The notes below the pieces were generated by a model, which was given only the letters and a program-made list of their open reading frames with translations, ran no database searches and was not told where the DNA came from. A stretch of 64,000 nucleotides of DNA, from assembly GCA_965205675.1 (NCBI GenBank), contig OZ242186.1:1376001-1440000 (forward strand). The letters are read 5' to 3'. A program made the translations under genes and the position numbers. Position 1 is the first letter of the stretch. Every line of letters begins with the position of its first letter. Below are positions 53,338 through 63,506 of this stretch, piece after piece. This DNA is from Nitrosopumilus sp. (GTDB taxonomy: Archaea > Thermoproteota > Nitrososphaeria > Nitrososphaerales > Nitrosopumilaceae).

Positions 53338-54942
53338 TCACTTTTTTTTCTTTACACTCCTAGATCCAGATTTTGCAGAATCCATAATGTCTTTTTTTAT
53401 TTGTAATTCTCCTAAAATTTTCTCAAATTCTTGCTTGTCATTAACATCTCTCCATTCTTTTGACAGTTCATTACGTATCTTATCATAAATTTTTGAATGT
53501 CTGTTAGCTCCTTGTGATTTTAGTTCCAAATTCAATAAATTACTGACAAGTTTGAAAGGAATGCTTTGTGATGAACAAATGTCCTCTAGCAAGGATTGCT
53601 CTGTTTTGCCAAAGTTTCCTAATCCTGCTTTAACGGAATGAAGGTTTTTTCCAGTAATTCTATTGTAAATCTCATATGCAGATTCCTTCCAATCACCTTG
53701 TTCCATTCTCCAAATTTTCTGAATTTCATGTATTTCTTCCTCTAAGATTAACTCTAGGGCATTATCATTTTTTAATTTCTGAATCTTTACTTGGCCTACT
53801 AACAATTTCTCCAAATACTCTCGTCTAAACTTCATTGTATATGGGCCTGGGGTGTAACCATCACCATGTGATTTCAAATCGACTCTGCCAGAGCGTCTGA
53901 TTTTCTCTCTAAACTTATCCCATACGTCATATAGTGTAATTTTGCCTTCTTTTTCAGCTTCCTTTGGTTTTGTAAAAACAAGATCGCAAGTACTGCATGA
54001 ATATTGCTTCTCTCTTCTGTTAAATTGGATCACTGTATCGCATTTTTTACATACATATCCAAACTGTTCCTGTGTAATTTTTAGTTCTTCTCTCAACTCA
54101 GCTAGTATTTCCATCCATCCGTTTTTCTCATCAACATCTATCATGTTTGTAAGATAGTTTTGATTGTCAACTACAGTACAAGTCCAACAACCAAATCTTC
54201 CTCCTCCACATGATGGAGTGGTAGTATCAATAACTAGGGGGCACTCGCTTGCATTTGCATCTTGATACATTGCAAGCAAATCTCTATTTTCCTCCCTCCA
54301 TGGGTTTTTGTTTTGTAAAAGATAGTTCCATACATCCTCTGCTGATAAATCTTCAATAGGAGTAAAGACATAGGTTGAATCAAATTTAGAGTGTCTTGAA
54401 AGAGGACTATTTTCAATGCTGTACAAATTCATGACTCGTTCTCTTGCATTACTTTCATTTTTTCTCATTCCGAGAAGAACTATTGCTTCCCCGTGTTTTG
54501 ATACAGTCTCTTTGATGAATCTATCCGCATTTGATATTTTGAGCATATCTGTACACCATCTGAACAATGATGTTGGTGCAGGATATCCCAAGCCAAGCAG
54601 TCGAACCCAGAAAGTATCTGAAGTTGGTGGTCTTAGTAGATTTGTCTCAAGAGGCAGATTAATCTTCTTTGCTTCTTTTTCCATTTTGTCAAGATTTAGA
54701 GTAATTCTTTCAGCTATCTGAGGTGCTTCAACTAGAGTATTAGAAGAGATGACATAGATTTTCTTGGTTAATTTCTCTGGAGAAAGTCTTGATAATGCTG
54801 ACCATGTTAGTTGAACCATGCATGTAGAGTCTTTTCCTCCACTGAAACCAAGAATCCATGGGCGATTATCATTTTGGTAAACTGTTTGAATCTTCTTGAT
54901 TATCGCATCAAAACCACCTTTGGCTAGGATGGATTCGCTCAT
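53338..54942 (-). CDS. dndC: Phosphorothioation sulfurtransferase DndC
   Basis: PW..GFSGGKDS, GLGYPAP...FRWCT, CGGGRFGCWTCTVV. Confidence 0.95.
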   Translation of the reverse strand: MSESILAKGGFDAIIKKIQTVYQNDNRPWILGFSGGKDSTCMVQLTWSALSRLSPEKLTKKIYVISSNTLVEAPQIAERITLNLDKMEKEAKKINLPLETNLLRPPTSDTFWVRLLGLGYPAPTSLFRWCTDMLKISNADRFIKETVSKHGEAIVLLGMRKNESNARERVMNLYSIENSPLSRHSKFDSTYVFTPIEDLSAEDVWNYLLQNKNPWREENRDLLAMYQDANASECPLVIDTTTPSCGGGRFGCWTCTVVDNQNYLTNMIDVDEKNGWMEILAELREELKITQEQFGYVCKKCDTVIQFNRREKQYSCSTCDLVFTKPKEAEKEGKITLYDVWDKFREKIRRSGRVDLKSHGDGYTPGPYTMKFRREYLEKLLVGQVKIQKLKNDNALELILEEEIHEIQKIWRMEQGDWKESAYEIYNRITGKNLHSVKAGLGNFGKTEQSLLEDICSSQSIPFKLVSNLLNLELKSQGANRHSKIYDKIRNELSKEWRDVNDKQEFEKILGELQIKKDIMDSAKSGSRSVKKKK

Positions 54943-56042
54943 AATTTAGCCTCAATTTTCTGTCTTTCTGCAGATAATGTAACGCCGCATTTAGTTAGTA
55001 TTAGATTGGCTGCCAGTTCAATGGCAATTGTTTGTTTTTGCATCTGTCCGTGTTTGATAATTCTTCCCTCCCATTCAGGAGAATCTCTTGACCAGTCAAT
55101 TTTTTTCAGATTCCTTAATTTTAATTCCCATTCATCAGGATGGTCTTGGATGATTACTCTACCTGCAATTCCTAAAGCATTTAGTAAATTGGTGTGTGCG
55201 TTGACATAATTTTTTCTTACTTCATAAGGATGAACGTTTCCATTAAGTAGCAATTGCCATTCAGGAAGATTTTTTGAGACAGTTTCCCAAAATGTTTTAA
55301 TTGTTTTTTTATCTTTTGATGTTATCTTTTTTGTTTTACTCATACCCAACAATTTCAATGATGCATCAGATATTCCATTTAGTGTAAATGCTTTTGTAGA
55401 TCGATTAGAGATAGTAGTTTTTTCCAATTCAACTCTGTCTTTGAAAATATCAATTATTCCAGTCAATCCCACAATGAATTGATAAAAATCATCTCTATGA
55501 TCATACAAGATATTCAAAGACTTTGTTGGTTTGACTACGTTTTTATTCAAATCTGAAAACATTTGCTGACTTCGCTCTAATCCGTCATCTCTGAAAAACA
55601 CTACTGATATCATTTCACGGCTTAGTTCTGGTTTTTCTTTGAGGGCTTCTTCAATTGCTTTTCTTCTGTGCTGTCCGTCGTTGATCAAAAGTTTTGCATC
55701 CATGTTGATGTAAAGACGTCCAAGTTTGGCATTCTCTCCTAGCGAAGGAGAAGGAAAAAATTTCATCATTCCATCAACTGATGCTGTAAGAGATGAGAAA
55801 ATATAATTATCTGGATTGTTTAAGATGTAATCTTTAATTGCAGGAATTCTTGATTCACGTAAAGTCCTTTGGGCCTTTAATTTTGGTGGCAAATCAAATT
55901 CATTAAAGATGAATAATTTTGGGATGATTTTGAGCGGGCACATTGCAACATAGAATTCACGACCTGCTTGGATGCCTCTGATTGCATCAAATCCATAGGT
56001 TTCATCCCCTACCTCTTTTTCCCCCAATCGGGCATTGGACAT
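54939..56042 (-). CDS. dndB: DNA sulfur modification regulator DndB
   Basis: AIRGIQAGREFY, AQR.L...R, INDGQHRR, QQMFSDLN. Confidence 0.93.
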   Translation of the reverse strand: MSNARLGEKEVGDETYGFDAIRGIQAGREFYVAMCPLKIIPKLFIFNEFDLPPKLKAQRTLRESRIPAIKDYILNNPDNYIFSSLTASVDGMMKFFPSPSLGENAKLGRLYINMDAKLLINDGQHRRKAIEEALKEKPELSREMISVVFFRDDGLERSQQMFSDLNKNVVKPTKSLNILYDHRDDFYQFIVGLTGIIDIFKDRVELEKTTISNRSTKAFTLNGISDASLKLLGMSKTKKITSKDKKTIKTFWETVSKNLPEWQLLLNGNVHPYEVRKNYVNAHTNLLNALGIAGRVIIQDHPDEWELKLRNLKKIDWSRDSPEWEGRIIKHGQMQKQTIAIELAANLILTKCGVTLSAERQKIEAKL

Positions 56043-56059
56043 TAATTATGCTAAGAAAA

Positions 56060-56084
56060 TGGAAGTATATTAAATATACTTCCA
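56060..56084. promoter_or_regulatory. Perfect 11-bp palindrome over the dndB TATA region (candidate operator)
   Basis: TGGAAGTATAT-TAA-ATATACTTCCA, 18-42 bp upstream of the dndB start. Confidence 0.65.
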
Positions 56085-56110
56085 AATGAAAAAAATGTAC
56101 TTCTAAGTAT

Positions 56111-56278
56111 CTAGAACGATTTTTTTAATTTTTCTAGGTCTGATTTTGCTAATTTTACAGTGAAGACATTAGCATTTGGATATTTTGCACCTGCTGCTAG
56201 TGGATGAAAAACAACCTTGATCTTCCCATCTTCTTTTGTAATATCTACAGATCGACCACCAATAGTTTCCTTGACCAT
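56111..56278 (-). CDS. 55-aa hypothetical protein upstream of dndB (below the ORF-track cutoff)
   Basis: MVKETIGGRSVDITKEDGKIKVVFHP...LEKLKKSF*. Confidence 0.6.
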   Translation of the reverse strand: MVKETIGGRSVDITKEDGKIKVVFHPLAAGAKYPNANVFTVKLAKSDLEKLKKSF

Positions 56279-56679
56279 AACAAATTATCAAAGTGGAACT
56301 TTATAGTGGTTTTGATCTGACAGGTTTGGGGGTTTGTTATCCTCAGCATACTCATTGATGAGTTTAGTGTCAAGTTTTCAGCAGAACCATCAACGTATAC
56401 AATTTTTCATAATCTTGGAATAAAATTTAGATAGTTCTGCTTCCAATTCTTCTTCAAAAAATATCATTATTTCTTCATGTTGGGATTCCAAATATCTGAG
56501 ACTTGGGCATAATTAATTCTAATTTTTGAGTCAATTCTCAAATTATTCAAATCAAAAAAGCTAAGGATCTTACCATGTTTTGTTCATTGGAATGTCAAAA
56601 CAAATGAAAATCCCTAGCAAGATTCTATCAGAATCATTTCTTATTGGTGTGTTACATTTAGTGGGAATGTTGTCTTTGT

Positions 56680-57432
56680 ATGAGGAAGTATTCAGATCTG
56701 GTAGACCATACGTGTATCCAACCATCCAGAAGTGATAAAGTTGGTGAATTGAAGAACAAATATAATGAATTGCTTAGAGAATCAATTGAAGAAGTTAGAC
56801 TCGATACTAACACTCGTGTATTAACAGAAAATGAGATTAAACAATCAATACACTATATCGTTACTGAGGCAATTAAAGACGAGAAAGAAAAAGATAGAAT
56901 TTCAAAGTCTGAACAAGCTAACGATGAAACACTCTCAACTGATTATCTAGAAGCTTTAGGTATTCAATATGTTGATGCTACATGTCCTTCTACAACAAAC
57001 CCAACATACAAACAAGTATCAATTGACATAGATGGCGGCTCTTATGGAGGTAATACTTTTGGTGGAGACAATGATCTCTATCTAGTGTTATACTCTGATA
57101 ATGCATCCACTTGTGAAAGAACCTATACACTCTATTGGTATGATGAAGACCATCCAACTCTTGATTCCTATTATGATGGATTAAGACAAGCTTGGTATGG
57201 TAGAACTCATGATATAGAGACATTCACCATCAAAAACAATTCAACTATTGAATTTGATGGAACATGGAGTAATGGCCATAATTTCAATGATACATGTTGG
57301 CTAATTGCGGGATGCCATGACACTACAACTAAAACAGGGTCTGGCGGAAATGTCTATGTTTCAAACACTTGGAATCATATGATGGACACATCAGATACCA
57401 ATTCTTCACTAACCAAGGTCACTGTACCTTAG
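56680..57432 (+). CDS. Probable secreted protein (5' end possibly disrupted)
   Basis: DEDHP..D..YD..R...YGR..DIE motif; Cys/Thr/Asn-rich. Confidence 0.65.
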   Translation: MRKYSDLVDHTCIQPSRSDKVGELKNKYNELLRESIEEVRLDTNTRVLTENEIKQSIHYIVTEAIKDEKEKDRISKSEQANDETLSTDYLEALGIQYVDATCPSTTNPTYKQVSIDIDGGSYGGNTFGGDNDLYLVLYSDNASTCERTYTLYWYDEDHPTLDSYYDGLRQAWYGRTHDIETFTIKNNSTIEFDGTWSNGHNFNDTCWLIAGCHDTTTKTGSGGNVYVSNTWNHMMDTSDTNSSLTKVTVP

Positions 57433-57468
57433 TTATCTTTTTTTTATTAACGCATTAATGAGTTTATT

Positions 57469-57735
57469 ATGATTACTAAAAAGCAAATTATTACAAAATC
57501 GCTTGTTTTACTAGGTATTATATTTTCAATATTTACTCTAATACTACTCACCTCAAACAAAATCTACGCTTTAGGATTTGAGGTCCCTGATATGTTAATT
57601 GTAATTGGAATTGTTCTAGGAGTAATTGGCATTCCACTTTATGTTATAGATAAAAATCCTTTCAGATATGTTATTTTGAGCCCTCCTTTACTATTGTTTC
57701 TTTTGTTTCTTTTGAGAAGTGATCCTTTCAATTGA
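57469..57735 (+). CDS. Small 3-TM membrane protein
   Basis: Hydrophobic helices. Confidence 0.65.
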   Translation: MITKKQIITKSLVLLGIIFSIFTLILLTSNKIYALGFEVPDMLIVIGIVLGVIGIPLYVIDKNPFRYVILSPPLLLFLLFLLRSDPFN

Positions 57736-58069
57736 TACAATAGATTATTGACATGATTTTTTTTAGAGAATATTCTCTAGATCTTCTTTTTTGGTCACAT
57801 CATCTTTATCTACAATTTCAATCGAGCCCTTGGACTCAATCATATATGACAGAGGATCTTCATCACAGCCATACACCTTGCAAATATCTGGTTTTTCGGA
57901 TTCTTTCATATTTTACATACAAGTATCTTTGTTAAATTTGTTATTACAAAAGGGAACTGGTAAGTTAACGAGGAGCTATTTTCTAGTGGTAAGTGTCGGG
58001 AGCTAATATTAAGGAACTGGTAAGTTTACGGTAGATAATTCCTCTTGGAAAGTATCGATAGATAGGTGT

Positions 58070-59161
58070 TATACCTCGGAGCATAATTCTTTGCAATTTT
58101 TCAAAACAAATAGCAATACTTTTTGATCAGTAGTTAGAAATAATTTCATGGACATCACAAATGACGAGTTACTCCAGGCCTACAAAAAAGAAAAAAATAT
58201 TCACAAAAAAACAAGATTACATGCAATGTGTAAGATTAAAATCAATGAATCCACAATTGCTGAAACTGCCAACCAAATGTTTTGTACATATAATTCTGTA
58301 AGGAATTAGATAGATTCATTTGAAAGATATGGATTGGGGGGCCTGGAGGACCCCCCACTCGTTCTGGCCGTCCGCCATTAATCTCACACAAAAAATTACA
58401 AAAAATAGAGCGTACATTTAAGAAAATTTCAGATGGAATGACTCCAAAAAAACTGATACAATTCATATTTTACAGAACACGCATTACATATCATATCACT
58501 CACGTGCGTCCTTTGATGCACAAATGGAATCTAAAACCAAAGGTTCCACAAAAGGTACATGTGCGAGCAGCATCCAAGGATACATGCCGCAAGTGGAAAA
58601 ACCGCATCATTTCACGCATAGAAAAGGCAAAAAAGAAAGGTTTTACAGTATTTATCCAAGACGAATCAGTATTTGTAGACGATGTACGTCTTGGTAAAAA
58701 ATACTGGACAGATGCACACCAACGAATGATTGTACGTTGGAGAGGATCACATCAAAGATTTTTGGTTTATGGAAATGATGATAATCAAAAAATTTTAGAT
58801 CGTATGAAAAATTTAATTCAATTGCATTTATGGATTATTTGGAGGCAGCTCGTAAAAAATTTGGAAAAATATTTGTTATCGTCGATAGAGCGCCACAACA
58901 CAAAGCTAATGATGTAAAAAAATATCTGCACAAAAACAAAGATGTCAAACTGGCATATCTTCTGAGAGGTTCTCCACATTTGAGTATGATTGAAGAGATT
59001 TGGAGACAGAGCAAACATGTTAATGTTGAATCAGAATTTTATGAATCTATTCATGAAATGAGGCATACAGTTATGGAATATTTTAGAACGCACAAATTTA
59101 ATTTGAATATGTATTATTTTGCAAGAACAGTAAATTGAAAAGACTTGTGATCTGGGGTATA
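58070..59161 (+). mobile_element. IS630-family element, degenerate
   Basis: Same termini as 35621-37795; stops and frameshifts. Confidence 0.9.
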
Positions 59162-59718
59162 GTTGGGGTGAATTTCTGTGTTGTGCCCTTGTGACCGGGT
59201 ATGCCACCACATTTTGATTTGCCAGAATCAGAATAATCTTTTTTGCAAATCTTTGTTTGATTCTACTAATTTCTCTATGATTGCTTTGAGTTGTCGTATC
59301 TCCTCTTGTAATTGTAAGATGATTTTCTCATTACCCCACTCTGACATGTATTGTAGAATAATCTAGTTGATCTTTGATTTTTTGTGTAATGGTATTGATT
59401 TATGTGTGAACCTTGATTCATACAACTAAAGCTCAAAAAACCAACAAAAACAGCTCCTGTGTGTCCAGCTTGCAATACAAAACTTTTCGATCTTGTACGC
59501 ATACAGGATAATTTTACTGATGATGCATGGAAACTTGTGAATCCTGAAAATCGCTTACGGTATTCTTTAAAATCTAAATTCGGGATTTCTCGAAAAAGAG
59601 TAACAAATGCAATTTTAGTAAAATAGTTTATTTGGTGATTGCAGTCAAAATTGAATGATCATTGTTTAAGGCAATTGAATGCCATTGTGTCTTCAATTGA
59701 CAATTACATTGATCAGAA

Positions 59719-60588
59719 TTAGACAATTTCCATGTATTTTTTGTTTGATTTGATATAATATTTCATGAACCATTTTAGAAAGTGAATCTCGTTTTCCTCT
59801 ACTTGTCCTTTTTCTAATGATTTGTAGTATCCCTCTCTATCAGAATATTTTATGTTAAGTGGCGGAAAATCATTATCTATTAATATGTAATTCATGATCA
59901 TTCTTGAAACTCTGCCATTTCCATCTCCAAATGGATGTATACTTACAAATCTAAAATGAATAATGCCAGCTAATTGGACTGGTTTGGTATTTTTTAATTC
60001 CCTGTATTCTTTTAGAAAATGTTTGATAAATCGGGGTACAAATTTCCAATGAGGAAATGTTGATTCGCTGTTTGTTACAAATACGGCATCTTTTCTATAT
60101 TTTCCTGCAAACTCTGGTTTTGTTTTATCAAACATTTCGTTGTGCCATGACAATATTGTCTTTTCAGTTAGTTTGGGCATTGATTCTAGCATTTGCAGAT
60201 ACACTTTGTGATGTTTTTTTGCCTCCATCATGTCATGTTCTGGTTTGTTACTTGGAGTTAATGAAAATCGGAGTAAGTCGAAAGTTTCTTTTTTTGTCAG
60301 TGTTGAGCCTTCAATTTTTTGGGAATCATGTGTAAATAACAAAGAAAATTCTTTTAGATGGTCTTCAATTGATGTTTTAGCCTGTGCAGAATACCCTTTC
60401 TTGATCTTCCTTAGATTTATTTCCCAATCCTCACACCATAATGATAACAAGAACTCTCTCTTGATTTTTTCAACATTTTTTGGTTTTATTTTGCCTAGAT
60501 ATTTTTCATGTTGAATTTTTCCTGTGTTGTGGATTAGATAATAGTAAGTGCTTTTTCCCTTCTTGCGGTTGATGATTGAAGCCATCAT
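59719..60588 (-). CDS. Fic-family protein
   Basis: HPFGDGNGRVSR, SQKIEG; 10-bp IR CAGTGTTTTA/TAAAACACTG upstream (60597-60638). Confidence 0.9.
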   Translation of the reverse strand: MMASIINRKKGKSTYYYLIHNTGKIQHEKYLGKIKPKNVEKIKREFLLSLWCEDWEINLRKIKKGYSAQAKTSIEDHLKEFSLLFTHDSQKIEGSTLTKKETFDLLRFSLTPSNKPEHDMMEAKKHHKVYLQMLESMPKLTEKTILSWHNEMFDKTKPEFAGKYRKDAVFVTNSESTFPHWKFVPRFIKHFLKEYRELKNTKPVQLAGIIHFRFVSIHPFGDGNGRVSRMIMNYILIDNDFPPLNIKYSDREGYYKSLEKGQVEENEIHFLKWFMKYYIKSNKKYMEIV

Positions 60589-60728
60589 AGTATATCCAGT
60601 GTTTTATAATATAAGTATTAAAAAATCTTAAAACACTGTATAACTTTTATAATATGTATTTGTATGAAAATTATCGAAAAAGCCTCAACTAATTAACAGT
60701 GTAAAAGATCCTACTAGTTTTGACCAGT

Positions 60729-61213
60729 GCTTTGTTTCCCAACCCCAAATAACCATCAACACTCTTTGATGCTTTGAAATCATTTCTGATTCTATTGCAT
60801 TGCAATCATTTTATTGTACAGACAAACTTTCATTTTCAATTCATGAATCATGTTTTCTCTCTTGTGCGATGTCACATGCTCTCCAAACATTCTTTTGAAT
60901 ACAGAGAATACTCCCTCTACAATCCATCCATCCCCATAGCTTACGCTGAGCTTCCATAGATCCAAGTTATACAATTGTGCCAAAACAGACTTTCTCCGAG
61001 GATAACAATCAGTTACAACTGATGAGTTTTTTCTTGTTTTAATTGCAGGTAGAATATCATTATCATAATACAGATATGAAAAATTGTCCTTTGTATCATA
61101 TGCACCATCAGCCAAAGTTTTAGTGACATTGCCAAACTGTTTTGATTGCTCAACTAGCGATATGAAATGTTTTGAATCATGTGACTTGTCATCTGTAATA
61201 TCAATCCCTGTGA
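60729..61213 (-). mobile_element. IS5 (IS903-like) 3' fragment
   Basis: ADGAYD, VEGVFSVFKR; end CTTTGTTTCCCAA resembles the TIR of 48255-49390. Confidence 0.8.
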
Positions 61214-62366
61214 TAGTTAAGGCATTAAATATTTGAACACTTTAACAACTCGAACCGCTCCATTGTCTAGTCTCTTCTGCATGTGTTTTCTCATTTCAGT
61301 TCCATTTGCAAAGAATGTATTGGCATTACCATTTTTCTCTTCTCTCCACTGTATCTCAATTGGATTGAGTTCTGGAGTGTATGCAGGAAAATATCTAATT
61401 ATTACTTTATTTTTTGGTGCTTTGAGAAATTCTTTTACTCGGACACTTTTGTGGTATGATGCATTATCTGCAAACAGTAACAATTTCTTACCAAATTGTT
61501 TTTGCAGTGATTCTAAAAAATCAAGAAATGAGTCTGTGTTTGATTTATCATAGAACCTGCAAAAAAATACACCGTTATTGCCCAATGCACCAAATGATTG
61601 AAATTTTTCTCGAGTGTAATTAATTGGTGTGGTAATGTTATTGCCTGCAAGATACCATCCGCGCTTTATGTTGGGTGCTACTTTATTTGTTGACTCGTCC
61701 AGACATAGTGTGGTGTATCCCAATTTGGAATATTTTTTGATACTCCTTTTTGCGTTTTTTTAAAACGGGTTTGTTCCTCTTTTGAGGCTGATTTGTGATG
61801 AGTCTGTCTTGGTTTTTTAGATGAGAATCCGATTCTGTGCAGCAATTCACGCATTCCTCTTGCAGAGTATAGCGTGTTGTATTTTTTATTCACATGTGTA
61901 ATTACCATTCTTGTACTCCACATGAATTGATTGAATCCAAACTTTTCTGGACCTGAAATTAGATCACATTGATGCTCTTAATGACACTAGTTGTTTTTTA
62001 TTTAAGAAACATCTAGAGCCAGAATATTCCTTACGGTGTGATGCAGTTATTCCCTCTTTATCCATTCGATTTAGCCAGTAGGACAGAGTTGATGGTATGA
62101 CATCCAAACTGGCACATATCACAGAATACGGAATATCTTGTTTTCTTAGTATTGCAGCCTTTAATCTTATCTTTGCTTTTGCATTTTTTTCATTCTTGCA
62201 TGCTTTTCTCAAAAAATTAATGCTTGTTCCTTTCATGAAATGGCTTCCTGAAGATACCATTAATGCTTTAGTTTGTTTTGACATGATTCTGTAAGTATAA
62301 ACTATGATCTAGATCTTTTGGGTTAAAATAGTTGATAATTCGTTCAAAATTTATATGCCTAAACTA
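61214..62366 (-). mobile_element. Second IS630-family element (fragmented ORFs)
   Basis: Imperfect TIRs TAGTT(A/T)AGGCAT; LDES, DNASYH, PAYTPELNPIE. Confidence 0.85.
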
Positions 62367-62521
62367 TAACTGACGGTTTTCTTGCTCCAGCGAGTGACAT
62401 CTGTTACGATAATATTCCAGCTCATCATATACTGACAATTGTATATTGTAATTTGTCACTGATCAGAAAAGATATAGATAAAAAATATTAAAGAAAGTAC
62501 TTCAAAACTCTAGACAGTTAC
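62367..62521 (-). mobile_element. IS66 end fragment (third copy)
   Basis: Matches about 28517-28671, including the TIR. Confidence 0.88.
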
Positions 62522-62596
62522 CAATATTTTGGGTCTCGAAGATTACACAGAACCCAAAACAGAAATCTTTATCTCTAAAAAGCAATCAATATTTGT

Positions 62597-62812
62597 ATGA
62601 AACATGATTTGTCATTTCACATACGTAAAGAATCCAAAGGGTACAGTGCACAATGCATTGAATTTCCTTCAATTATTACCCAAGCAGATACAAAAAAAGA
62701 ATTACAAGAAAATATGACAGATGCTGCAAATGGATATTTTAAAGCGTTTCCAGAAGAATATCAAAAACTACATAACCAAAATTCAGGTAATGTGGTTAAA
62801 GTTACCATCTAA
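62597..62812 (+). CDS. hicB: HicB-family antitoxin
   Basis: GYSAQC.EFP..ITQADT.KE..EN..DA. Confidence 0.85.
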   Translation: MKHDLSFHIRKESKGYSAQCIEFPSIITQADTKKELQENMTDAANGYFKAFPEEYQKLHNQNSGNVVKVTI

Positions 62813-63014
62813 ACTACCTGTACTATCTTGGAGAGTCATCTTGAAAATTTTAAGGAAAAATGGGTTTATTCAATCAGGTCAAACTGGAAGCCATATTTTT
62901 ATGAGAAAAAATAATCTCAGAGTTACAATTCCTAGACATAAAGAAATCAAAAAAGGAACATTGCTATCAATAATTTATCAATCAGGATTAGCCAGAGAAT
63001 ATTTTATAAAATGA
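62790..63014 (+). CDS. hicA: HicA-family mRNA interferase
   Basis: KILRKNGF...QTGSH...VTIPRH.EIKKGTL.SI. Confidence 0.88.
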   Translation: MWLKLPSKLPVLSWRVILKILRKNGFIQSGQTGSHIFMRKNNLRVTIPRHKEIKKGTLLSIIYQSGLAREYFIK

Positions 63015-63506
63015 TTCTCATGATGGTTCTATAATCTTTGAGACCTAAGATATTTTTTATTCTAATAAATTAATATTGATCTTGATGGTTGTTGTGATTC
63101 TATATTCTGCGTTTCAATCTAGGTAACAGCGGTGTACCTATAGTAACATGTACAAATTATGACAACAAAGTATTACTTCAACCATATCAGGTAATATTCA
63201 TAGTCATGAAATAATAACAACAAAGTCTTATTGCTACTTTACACGAAGATCCATACTTTGAGGTCTCATTATTTCTGGTCCTGAAAAGGTAGGGGATTAG
63301 GCGTAAAAGTCACAACTCTATCAAATGAAAAAAGCGAAACCATGAGATTACATTCATGATTGAATAGTTTTCAGGGTTTGAGAATTAATACGATAAGTAA
63401 AGTGTTAATTCAGAGGTTTAAAAAATAAAATTACTCAACAAAAATTAAAAAATAGCAAATTTTTATTCATACTTTGCCTTAACTGCATAGATCAAAACGA
63501 AGATTT

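Larger units (their letters stand above)
62523..63054. repeat. ~30-bp imperfect inverted repeats framing hicBA (62523-62554 / 63025-63054)
   Basis: AATATTTTGGGTCTCGAAGATTA..AGAACC versus GGTTCT.TAATCTTTGAGACCTAAGATATT. Confidence 0.8.
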
